Source: Spirochaetia bacterium (lineage in GTDB: Bacteria > Spirochaetota > Spirochaetia > CADAEX01). Taken from it: a stretch of DNA of 64,000 nucleotides. The notes beneath the pieces were generated by a model. It did not search any database and had not been told where the DNA came from. It worked only from the letters and a program-made list of their open reading frames with translations. Shown here piece after piece: positions 27,148 to 35,732 of the stretch. Each line of letters opens with the position of its first letter. Within the stretch, counting starts at the first letter, position 1. A program made the position numbers and the translations under genes. The stretch is from contig JAGCGL010000049.1 in NCBI GenBank assembly GCA_017649605.1, positions 11,402 to 75,401 on the forward strand, read 5' to 3'.

Positions 27148-27785
27148 TAAAGCATGTGCTGATGGATGTGGACCACACCCTGTACCCCCGCTCCTCCGGG
27201 GTCGAGGGTGCTATGGTGGTGCGCATAAACAAGTTCGTGGGCGACTACCTCGGAGTCTCCGCCGAAGAGGCGGCCAAGATGAGGGCAGAGCGCCCCGCCG
27301 GTGTCTACGCCAGCACCCTCGACTGGCTGCAGCGCAAGTATGGCTTCACCGATATCTACGGCTACTTCAGGGCTATCCATCCCACCAAGTTCTGGGAGCA
27401 TTTTCCAAAGAATTCAGAGCTTATACTCATGCTGGACAAGCTAAAGGTCCCCTGTTCCATATACACCAACTCATGGGCCAACCATGCCCTGAATGTCATG
27501 GACTACCTTGAGATAACTCCTTTCTTCAGAAAGATCTACGACCTCCCCTTCTGCCACTTTATAGGAAAGCCAGACCCACGGTCGTTCCGCTATGTGCTTG
27601 AAGACCTGAAACTTGAGCCGTCAGAAGTGCTACTGGCAGACGATGCACCCGATACTATAATCGCATACACAAAAATAGGGGGCAAAGGAGTCCTGGTGGA
27701 TGAGAACCTCAAACCACGGCAGAACTTCCCTGCCCCCATAATCAAAGAAATAACCCAGCTTACTCAGTTCACCGAGCTTTTCTGA
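27144..27785 (+). CDS. HAD-superfamily hydrolase (pyrimidine 5'-nucleotidase-like)
   Basis: DVDHTLY, YTNS, GKP and LADD motifs. Confidence 0.85.
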   Translation: MIKHVLMDVDHTLYPRSSGVEGAMVVRINKFVGDYLGVSAEEAAKMRAERPAGVYASTLDWLQRKYGFTDIYGYFRAIHPTKFWEHFPKNSELILMLDKLKVPCSIYTNSWANHALNVMDYLEITPFFRKIYDLPFCHFIGKPDPRSFRYVLEDLKLEPSEVLLADDAPDTIIAYTKIGGKGVLVDENLKPRQNFPAPIIKEITQLTQFTELF

Positions 27786-27788
27786 AGA

Positions 27789-28151
27789 TCACATATTTCG
27801 TGTGACCACAATATTTACATCTGTGTCCAGAATATTGGCAGCAACCACGTCGCCGGCAACTACAGGAGACTTAAGATCCAGGCTGTTGATCACATCCATG
27901 CACTTGAACTTGAGCTTCTCTGGGATAGGCTTGTCTGTCTTTACAGGAACCACAGGATGCACACCGCCTTTGATCCGTGCTGTGGAGCAGATCATGCGCC
28001 GCGGGTCTGTCACCTCGTTCTTGCCATAAACCTCACCACGCTTGCAGGTGTTGCCTGAAACATTGATATTGTCACCGCATACTGTGACTGTAAGTCTGCA
28101 GCCCATAGGACAGGAGACACATACTAATTTCTTCTCATAACAGCATTCCAT
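27789..28151 (-). CDS. DUF1667 CxxC protein
   Basis: CVSCPMGC, GNTCKRG and PVKT motifs; third gene of a GlpA-like trio. Confidence 0.88.
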   Translation of the reverse strand: MECCYEKKLVCVSCPMGCRLTVTVCGDNINVSGNTCKRGEVYGKNEVTDPRRMICSTARIKGGVHPVVPVKTDKPIPEKLKFKCMDVINSLDLKSPVVAGDVVAANILDTDVNIVVTRNM

Positions 28152-28152
28152 T

Positions 28153-29421
28153 TTATTTCTCCTCCTCTGGCTCTACAGTGATTCCAATCTCTTTTCCAGC
28201 CATTCCCTTGAAGATAGAGGATGGAACTGTAAGCTTTATCATCTCGCCCGGGGTCAGGAACGGCTTCTTGTACCGGCCCAGCTCCTTGCCGCCTTCTGTA
28301 ACAACCAGATAGCACTTGCCGAACACACGGTCAACTCTCATAAGGATGTCGAACTTGTCGCCCAGGTTCTCTGGTCTGAACATATGTGGAACTGCGTAGG
28401 AAAGGCCACCTGCAACTTTAAATGTGTTGGGCTGTGAGTTCTTTGTGATCTCTCCCTTGATGTAGAGGGCTGCATTCTTTCCTGCCTTGCGGCTCTCTTC
28501 TGTAACAAAGTCCACCAGGTCGTGCACATGCACTACGTTTCCGCAGGCAAACACACCTTCCATCGATGTCTCCATGGATTCGGTGACAACTGGGCCCGAT
28601 GTCTTCCGGTCGATCTTTATTCCAACCTGCCTTGACAGCTCGTTCTCCGGGATAAGTCCTACAGAGAGGAGCACTGTGTCGCATGCATACTCTTTCTCGG
28701 TGCCTGGGATCACTGCCTTGGTCTTCTTGTCGCACTCTGCGACTACAACCTTCTCCACCCTCTCCTTGCCGTAGATTCCTACGATGTTGTGGCTGTACCA
28801 CATTGGGATATTATAGTGGTCAAGGCACTGAACTACGTTTCTGGTAAGGCCTTTCGGGAAGGAGCTTCTTGCAACTACGGCGATAACCTCGCCCCCCTCG
28901 AGCACGATACGGCGTGCCATGATCATTCCGATGTCTCCGGAGCCCAGGATGATGACTTTCTTGCCCACCATCTGCCCTTCGATGTTGATATAACGCTGTG
29001 CAGCACCTGCTGTGAATACGCCCGACGGTCTGTCGCCTGCGATTCCGATGCCGCTTCTTGTCCTCTCGCGGCAGCCCATGGCAAGTACTATAGCCTTGGC
29101 CTTGAGCTCGAAGATTCCCTGCTTGCTGTTCATCACAGTCAGTGTCTTATCCTGCGCAATGTCCAGTACAATTGTATCAAGGAAATACTTGATCTCTGTT
29201 TCCTTGGTCATGTTTATAAAGCGCTGCGCATACTCTGGACCGGTGAGCTCCTCTTTGAACACATGGAGTCCGAATCCGTTGTGGATGCACTGCTGCAGGA
29301 TTCCGCCCGGCTCAACATCGCGCTCTACAATAGCTATACTCTTGATTCCGTTGTTATATGCCTCAAGGGCAGCTGCCATTCCGGCAGGACCGCCGCCGAC
29401 TACTACTAAATCAAAATTCAT
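28153..29421 (-). CDS. FAD/NAD(P)-dependent oxidoreductase
   Basis: GGGPAG, QCIHNGFG, GSGDIG and CGNVVHVHDLVD motifs. Confidence 0.9.
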   Translation of the reverse strand: MNFDLVVVGGGPAGMAAALEAYNNGIKSIAIVERDVEPGGILQQCIHNGFGLHVFKEELTGPEYAQRFINMTKETEIKYFLDTIVLDIAQDKTLTVMNSKQGIFELKAKAIVLAMGCRERTRSGIGIAGDRPSGVFTAGAAQRYINIEGQMVGKKVIILGSGDIGMIMARRIVLEGGEVIAVVARSSFPKGLTRNVVQCLDHYNIPMWYSHNIVGIYGKERVEKVVVAECDKKTKAVIPGTEKEYACDTVLLSVGLIPENELSRQVGIKIDRKTSGPVVTESMETSMEGVFACGNVVHVHDLVDFVTEESRKAGKNAALYIKGEITKNSQPNTFKVAGGLSYAVPHMFRPENLGDKFDILMRVDRVFGKCYLVVTEGGKELGRYKKPFLTPGEMIKLTVPSSIFKGMAGKEIGITVEPEEEK

Positions 29422-29430
29422 CTCATCCTC

Positions 29431-30858
29431 CTACTTTGTCTTCCCGGTAAGGATGTATGATCCTTTCTTATCCAGCACAATATCCTTCCATTCGCATCCA
29501 AGCTCCCGTGCAAGGATCTCGTGCACCTTAGGTCCGCAGAAACCACCCTGGCACCGGCCCATTCCCGGACGGCAGCGCCGCTTTATGGCATCCAGTGTGA
29601 CAGCTGGGATCGGGCGGTGGATCTCGTCCACAATCTCGCCCTCGGTAATCCGCTCGCAGCGGCAGATGATTCTTCCGTAGCGCGGGTCTTTCTTTACCAG
29701 CGCAGCCTGCTCTGCTGGAGAGAGCTCCATGAATACAGTCCGCTTTACAATCGGGTTGAACTCTTTCTTAGGATTCAGCGCAATGCCGCAGTTCTTTACA
29801 ATGTCCACCACATAGAGGGCAATGGCAGGGGCTGCGGAAAGTCCAGGGGACTTGATTCCTGCCACGTCGATGAACTTAGGTGCATCCTTAACCTCGCGGA
29901 TGACAAAGTCGCCTGTGGAAGGCTCAGCACGCATACCTGCGAAGTTTCTTATGCAGTTTCTGGTGGTGATGGTTGGAACCAGCTTGGAGCAGCCCTGGCG
30001 GACTCTGTTAAGAGCCTCGTCTGTTGTTCCGGTGTCGTCCCTGTCCTGGTCCACATCGCTTGTAGGTCCAAGGATTACGTTTCCATGCACAGAGCGGGCA
30101 ACCAGGATACCCTTTCCATTCTTGTCAGGACATGGGAAAAGGACAGACTGGATCTTGTCGTTCTCGCTCTTGTCCAGGAGGAAGTACTGTCCGATCTTTG
30201 GTGTGATGCTGAAGTCCGGCTTTGCGACCATGTTGTGGATGATGTCGGAGTAGACACCAGCCGCGTTGATGACGCACTTTGCCTCAACATCGCCTGCATC
30301 GCTGTGGATTATATAGCCGCCGGCTGTCTTCTCGATGGAGTCAACCTTATAGTTCAGCTTATAGTCTGCGCCGTTCATCACAGCGTTCTCCATAAGAGCT
30401 GTGGTAAGGAGCATCGGATCTACAACTCCGGCTGTAGGGGCATAGAGGGCAGCCTTTGCATCTGGGCTTGCCGCAGGCTCCTTCTCGAGGAGTTTCTTTA
30501 CATCTACAATCTCAAGGCCTGGAATGCCGTTCTTCTTTCCTCTCTCCAGGAGAACCTTCAGGGTCTCCACCTGCTCATCAGTAAAAGCAACTACAAAAGA
30601 GCCGCACCGGTTGAACGGAACAGAGAGCTCCTTGCAGAGTTTATCAAACATCGGGTTGCCTTCGCTGTTAAGCTTAGCCATAAGTGTACCCGGCTCTGGA
30701 TCATATCCAGCATGTACTATAGAAGAGTTGGCTTTGGATGTTCCTGCGCAGACATCGTTTCCCTTATCAACCACAATAAACTTGAGCTGATATCTGGAAA
30801 GCTCCCTGGCAATGGCAGCACCTATTACGCCAGCACCTATGATTGCTATGTCGTACAT
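29431..30858 (-). CDS. Glycerol-3-phosphate dehydrogenase-like FAD oxidoreductase with BFD-type [2Fe-2S] domain
   Basis: GAGVIG, TSKANS..HAG, GIKSPGLS, CRCE and GRCQGGFC motifs. Confidence 0.88.
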   Translation of the reverse strand: MYDIAIIGAGVIGAAIARELSRYQLKFIVVDKGNDVCAGTSKANSSIVHAGYDPEPGTLMAKLNSEGNPMFDKLCKELSVPFNRCGSFVVAFTDEQVETLKVLLERGKKNGIPGLEIVDVKKLLEKEPAASPDAKAALYAPTAGVVDPMLLTTALMENAVMNGADYKLNYKVDSIEKTAGGYIIHSDAGDVEAKCVINAAGVYSDIIHNMVAKPDFSITPKIGQYFLLDKSENDKIQSVLFPCPDKNGKGILVARSVHGNVILGPTSDVDQDRDDTGTTDEALNRVRQGCSKLVPTITTRNCIRNFAGMRAEPSTGDFVIREVKDAPKFIDVAGIKSPGLSAAPAIALYVVDIVKNCGIALNPKKEFNPIVKRTVFMELSPAEQAALVKKDPRYGRIICRCERITEGEIVDEIHRPIPAVTLDAIKRRCRPGMGRCQGGFCGPKVHEILARELGCEWKDIVLDKKGSYILTGKTK

Positions 30859-30938
30859 AGTTCCCCCATCAAAAATCTAGTATAGTTTGATTATATGCCC
30901 TTTGCAAAAAATATTCTACTGGTATACTATCAATATAG

Positions 30939-31814
30939 ATGAATCTGACCATCTTTGTCCTGACACTCATATCCGGCATACTTAATGCGACCTGGAACTT
31001 CTTCTCCAAGAAGAAAGCTGGAGATTATTCTGTCATGGTTACAGGATTAGCATTATCACATCTGACAATACTGCCCGTCACCCTTGTACTGATCTCCATC
31101 GAAGGTCTGGATATACATGCCGTTCCGGTCATACTGCTGTCAGGGTTCTTCGCCGGGCTGAACACGCTGCTGCTGGTCTTTATGTATGAAAGCTCTGATA
31201 TCTCCATGGCCTACCCTGTGACCAGAGGAACAGGGGTCATGTTCATTGCCATACTGAGTTCCATCTTCCTGGGCGAGCAGATATCACGCCTGGCAATAGT
31301 GGGCATTTCCCTTGTACTTCTGGGAGTTTTCCTGTTTGCGCTTACCAGGGGGAGAAAGCTTTCTGACATATGGGAGAGCATAAAGAGGCAGAAGATAGCC
31401 TTTTTCACGGGTCTTTCCATGGTAGGCTACAACCTGGTGGACCGGGTCGCAGTACAGAGTGTCAATCCCCTGTTCCTCTACAATTTACGGGGAATTGTCG
31501 CCATGAGTTTTGCCATCGGCTTTCTTATGCTGAAGCGGGGTTATACCTTAAGCCATATGAGGGACACCTTTAGGCACGAATGGAAATATTCCTGCATTAT
31601 CGGCTACGGCGGCTTCATCGGCTATGCCATAATACTGATGATCTACTACCTGTTTGCCGAGGCAAAGGCCAGCTACATAACCCCTATTCGGGAAACTTCC
31701 ATAGTGATTGGCGCAATCCTGGGATTCCTGTTCTTAAAGGAGAAGGCCACCCTGAACAAGCTTGCCGGAATCCTTGCCATTGTGCTGGGCGTAATCCTTA
31801 TCAAAGTTGGTTAA
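30939..31814 (+). CDS. EamA/DMT family transporter
   Basis: About 10 TM segments; SMAYPVTRG, LGEQ, RETS and FLKE motifs. Confidence 0.88.
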   Translation: MNLTIFVLTLISGILNATWNFFSKKKAGDYSVMVTGLALSHLTILPVTLVLISIEGLDIHAVPVILLSGFFAGLNTLLLVFMYESSDISMAYPVTRGTGVMFIAILSSIFLGEQISRLAIVGISLVLLGVFLFALTRGRKLSDIWESIKRQKIAFFTGLSMVGYNLVDRVAVQSVNPLFLYNLRGIVAMSFAIGFLMLKRGYTLSHMRDTFRHEWKYSCIIGYGGFIGYAIILMIYYLFAEAKASYITPIRETSIVIGAILGFLFLKEKATLNKLAGILAIVLGVILIKVG

Positions 31815-33757
31815 CTGTTGTACCCCATCTCTCTTGCTCTTGCATCTACCATAGCCTGTGCTTTGGTCATGTCATTGGCTTGTACTGCATCGAGGTATTC
31901 GGTGTCGGTCTGGGAGCTTATGTCGTTTTCAGGGTTGACAATTTCGTCAGATTCTGTATCGAACTTATCGAATGAAGCACCAGAGCCATGATAGGCACTC
32001 TGGAACAGAAGATTGGTGTGGCTGTCGGTTGAATTATTCTGGTTGACAATCTCAACATCTTTTGCTAAACTAATTATAAGCCCTGCAATCGGGGATTGTC
32101 TCTCACCATCGGTGAAGGCATCCAGTTGCCCTGTGGGGCTTATTTCTTTGTAAGGTGTAACATCTACAGCTTCAACAGTATATATTCTTGACCCATCTTT
32201 TTTATACTCAATTACAGTAAGCATTACAGGAACATATTTATCGTTTGTTGGGTCAAGCATCAAAGAGCCAAGTCTATGAACTTGCACTACTTCTTTTCTG
32301 TTATGAGTATCTGGATGTACAACTTCCCTATATGCTTTCTTAAACAAGAAGTCAACATTAGCAACTGCAAGAGCATGAAGCCGAGAGGAAATTGACTTTT
32401 TGGTAGCCTTTTCGCCACCCATTTTATCAAGCCCCTTTCCTGTAATCCTTGCAGTAATACCTAAAATATCATTTGTAATATCCGTATTAAAGTCTGGTGA
32501 TTTCTTAACTTCCTTAATAGCTTCTGAAACCGAATTAGCAGTACGCTGTGATTTTTTATCTTCCTCAATGTTATGCTCGGTCTGGAACAGTATGCTCGGA
32601 TTATCAGAGAATGTGCCTACATTGTCAGTAGCTGATTTGATTTGGTTAGGAGAGAAGGCTATGTAGTGATTTGATTTAATCCCTGTATCGGTAACATTGT
32701 TAAGGATAGTTCCGTCAAAGCCCTCTTTCTTTGCTTTAGTAGCCTCTAAATAAGTGAAGTTGGTCTTTCTGCCTTTGTTTATGGACTTGCCCTCGTTCTC
32801 GCCTACACCATTCCCAAACCAGTCATAGCCATCCATGTCAAAGGTTTTTGGATTTCTGATATTCAAGAATGTTCCCAGAACTCTTGCAGTTTCGGTATTC
32901 CTATTATTGGCAATCTGTTCTGAAAGTGCTTGGTCATCTGTGAACATGAACATTCCGCTTGACCTTGATGTATCAAAAGTATCAAAGTCTGCGTTTGTTC
33001 CATGATATACAACTAACGGCTCGCCAGTGTCTGGGTCGATTACTTTTGACACCTCATCGGGGTTGACAGATAAAACATCATCGAGTATCTTTAAATAAAG
33101 GGCAATGCCTCCGTGTGGCTTACTATCTTCGGGTAGATGGGCAGCGGTTTGAAGGGTATTGCTCTTAATTTTTATTTCGTCTTCAACAAAAACTTCATGA
33201 ACATAAAGCCTGTTTTTGTTGACATCTTGTATCGCCCTGCAAAAGACCAGATTGCGTTTTCCATCATATTCGATAGGATATGCAAAATAATGATTGATTT
33301 GTTCTTTCCCACTAAAATCTTTTTCGCTTGATAGATAAACAGCATTCTCAAAATCATCTTGTAAAGATGGCAAAATATCTAATTTCTTTTGCCCGTAACC
33401 ATGAGCAAGTGTATCTTTAACGCTTCTTAAATCAATTATTATATTTCCGACAGTTGTTTTATAAGTTTTAGGTTTTGGGAATAATCTTTCGGCGGACTTC
33501 TGTACCGTTAACCCATCTACCTTCTTAAAAGCCCCTTTAGATATAATTTTAACCTTTGTCTGTTCAAGTTTCTGCTTCTGCCATGCTCTTACCCAGTCTC
33601 CAAACCACTTGATAAAGTTAGGTGTCCGCACCTGCACCCACTGTCTCTCGGTGAGTTTGGTCGGTTTTCCGTTGGGGGATTTCAGCCACTGGTCTGTGCC
33701 TTTGTACTTTGACTCTATTTCCTTATATTGGCGGTCGGCTTCTTCGACATCAATCAT
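31811..33757 (-). CDS. Phage-type polyvalent protein fragment: ART-PolyVal-like domain plus two LPD3/BECR-like domains
   Basis: PNGKPTKL.ERQW.QVRTPNF..WFGDW, GEPLVVYHGT, FLNIRNP, GFDG and PNQIKSATDN motifs; GGAGG RBS before ATG 33757; lower GC than the EamA flank. Confidence 0.75.
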   Translation of the reverse strand: MIDVEEADRQYKEIESKYKGTDQWLKSPNGKPTKLTERQWVQVRTPNFIKWFGDWVRAWQKQKLEQTKVKIISKGAFKKVDGLTVQKSAERLFPKPKTYKTTVGNIIIDLRSVKDTLAHGYGQKKLDILPSLQDDFENAVYLSSEKDFSGKEQINHYFAYPIEYDGKRNLVFCRAIQDVNKNRLYVHEVFVEDEIKIKSNTLQTAAHLPEDSKPHGGIALYLKILDDVLSVNPDEVSKVIDPDTGEPLVVYHGTNADFDTFDTSRSSGMFMFTDDQALSEQIANNRNTETARVLGTFLNIRNPKTFDMDGYDWFGNGVGENEGKSINKGRKTNFTYLEATKAKKEGFDGTILNNVTDTGIKSNHYIAFSPNQIKSATDNVGTFSDNPSILFQTEHNIEEDKKSQRTANSVSEAIKEVKKSPDFNTDITNDILGITARITGKGLDKMGGEKATKKSISSRLHALAVANVDFLFKKAYREVVHPDTHNRKEVVQVHRLGSLMLDPTNDKYVPVMLTVIEYKKDGSRIYTVEAVDVTPYKEISPTGQLDAFTDGERQSPIAGLIISLAKDVEIVNQNNSTDSHTNLLFQSAYHGSGASFDKFDTESDEIVNPENDISSQTDTEYLDAVQANDMTKAQAMVDARAREMGYNS

Positions 33758-33776
33758 GCATGCCTCCACCTTGTAT

Positions 33777-33804
33777 AAACACAAAAAAATTTCATTTTGC
33801 TTCA
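33777..33804 (-). promoter_or_regulatory. Putative alternative-sigma (ECF-like) promoter, copy 2
   Basis: TGAAGC-AAAATGAAATTTTTTT-GTGTTT upstream of the polyvalent gene RBS. Confidence 0.6.
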
Positions 33805-33863
33805 TTTCCTGGAAATAATTATTTTTATCAAAGCTGGCTTATTGATAACCTGAACTAATAAAT

Positions 33864-33931
33864 AATCATAACATAGTCCGAATAAAACAGTAATTTTCTC
33901 CTACCTTTAAGGGAAATCACAGATTTATACT
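33864..33931 (+). promoter_or_regulatory. 40-bp operator (copy 1) plus TATACT -10
   Basis: AATCATAACATAGTCCGAATAAAACAGTAATTTTCTCCTA, then 22 nt, then TATACT; 38/40 identical to 35635-35674. Confidence 0.75.
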
Positions 33932-33937
33932 GATAAT

Positions 33938-34975
33938 ATGAAAATATTTTTCTCTGCAGAATATGATGAAAATGAACTTAAGCCTTTATATGAGATAGGT
34001 GAAGTAGATAAACAGGGCTGGGCCCTTGGACTTCCGAAGTTTTCGGAAGAGGAACTGGTCAAAAAGACCCAGGATGCTGACATTATAATAACGAGCTACG
34101 ACGACATCACCCGGAAGGTAATAGAAAGTGCCCCCTATCTGAAATTAATCGCCTGCACCCGTGCCACCCCTGTGAATGTCGACATGCAGGCGGCCAAGGA
34201 AAGGAATATTCCGGTGCTGTATACCCCCGGGAGGAATTCCGACTGCACCGCCGAGATGACAATCGGACTCATGCTCTCTGTTGCCCGCAATATTCCCCAG
34301 GCCTACCGCGCCTTAAAAGAGGGCCGATTTACGGCAGATCCCGGATTCCATAAGGAGACCCGCGAGGGGCTTAAGAAGGATGTTATCTGGGATATGACCA
34401 TGGATTCCCCCTACATGGTTTTCAAAGGAACCCAGCTTAAAGGAAAAACACTGGGTATACTGGGATATGGCAGCATAGGACGCCGTGTGGGAAAGATTAC
34501 CCGGGCCATTGGTATGGAGCTGCTTATATACGATCCATATGTGGGCGAAGTAGATGTTGAGGAGTTCGGGATCCGGAAAGCAGAAAGCATTGCAGAGCTG
34601 ATGAAGGAATCGGACTTTGTCACCTGCCATCTCAAGGTGACACCGGAGACTGAAGGAATAGTAAGCAGAGAGATGATCTCGCTCATGAAACCGACTGCAT
34701 ATTTCATCAATGCATCCAGGGGGGCAATCCTTGACGAGGAAGCCCTTATAGATGCGCTGCGCGAAAAGAAGATCCGCGGGGCAGCCTTCGATGTCTATTC
34801 CAGCGAGCCTATCCGGAGCAACCACCCCTACATAACCGAGCTGGATAATGTTGTAATCACACCACACATAGCCGGAGCTACAGATGATGTCCTGACCAAT
34901 CACACCAGGATGATTGTTGCAGATGTAAAGCGTTTCCTCAGAGGGGAACACATGCTGTATCAGTATAAATATTGA
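33938..34975 (+). CDS. D-isomer-specific 2-hydroxyacid dehydrogenase
   Basis: TPGRN, GYGSIG, INASRG and TPHIAGA motifs. Confidence 0.92.
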   Translation: MKIFFSAEYDENELKPLYEIGEVDKQGWALGLPKFSEEELVKKTQDADIIITSYDDITRKVIESAPYLKLIACTRATPVNVDMQAAKERNIPVLYTPGRNSDCTAEMTIGLMLSVARNIPQAYRALKEGRFTADPGFHKETREGLKKDVIWDMTMDSPYMVFKGTQLKGKTLGILGYGSIGRRVGKITRAIGMELLIYDPYVGEVDVEEFGIRKAESIAELMKESDFVTCHLKVTPETEGIVSREMISLMKPTAYFINASRGAILDEEALIDALREKKIRGAAFDVYSSEPIRSNHPYITELDNVVITPHIAGATDDVLTNHTRMIVADVKRFLRGEHMLYQYKY

Positions 34976-34985
34976 GGAATAAACG

Positions 34986-35642
34986 ATGGACAGAGAAAAG
35001 GCAAAAAAAGCGCAGGCAGAAGTCTATAAGACAGCACTGGATATGTACCGCAGCGGGCTGGTCTCAGGAACCTGGGGAAACATTTCTGCCAGGATAGATG
35101 AAACTTTTATGGCAATCACACCGTCGGGGATGGCATACGAAGGCCTTACCCCTGAGCAGATGGTAATTGTAAACATAGACACACTGGCCTACGAGGGGAC
35201 CTTGAAGCCTTCTATCGAGGCAGTTGTTCATGCAGAAATCTATAAGAACCGGCCGGAAGTGAATGGTATAATGCATACCCATTCCACCTATGCCCTTACT
35301 GTGGCAGCGGCAAGGAAAGAGATTCCCCCTGTCTGCGAGGACCAGGTGCAGATTCTCGGTGGCTCCATACGGGTGGCAGACTATGCTATGCCAGGTACCA
35401 AGGAAATGGCTGCCGCCTGCGTCAAGGCGCTGGAAGGAAGGCAGGGGGCACTTATAGCCAACCATGGTGCGATAAGCTGCGATGTCTCCCTGGCAAAAGC
35501 TTTCATAGGCTCACAGATCATCGAAAAAACTGCTATGGTTTACATCAACTCTATGGCTATAGGCGGTGCTGTCGAGATCTCCCAGAAAGATGTAGATTAT
35601 TTTGCCGATTTCTTCCGGAATAAATACGGTCAAAAATCATAA
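34986..35642 (+). CDS. Class II aldolase/adducin family (FucA-like)
   Basis: GNISAR, ITPSG, PSIE...H, HTHS and ANHG motifs. Confidence 0.92.
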   Translation: MDREKAKKAQAEVYKTALDMYRSGLVSGTWGNISARIDETFMAITPSGMAYEGLTPEQMVIVNIDTLAYEGTLKPSIEAVVHAEIYKNRPEVNGIMHTHSTYALTVAAARKEIPPVCEDQVQILGGSIRVADYAMPGTKEMAAACVKALEGRQGALIANHGAISCDVSLAKAFIGSQIIEKTAMVYINSMAIGGAVEISQKDVDYFADFFRNKYGQKS

Positions 35643-35702
35643 TATAGTCCGAAAAAAACAGTAATTTTCTCCTAACTGTTCCCGGAGCTGCAGTTTTATA
35701 CT
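35635..35702 (+). promoter_or_regulatory. 40-bp operator (copy 2) plus TATACT -10
   Basis: AATCATAATATAGTCCGAAAAAAACAGTAATTTTCTCCTA, then 22 nt, then TATACT. Confidence 0.75.
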
Positions 35703-35732
35703 GGAATAAAACGAGGATAAAAAGGAGAAACT

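Noticed and set aside
29521-30885. 454-aa plus-strand ORF (also 54204-55397, 15-929, 7067-7954 and similar)
   Set aside because: Antisense shadows of well-supported genes with no recognisable motifs.
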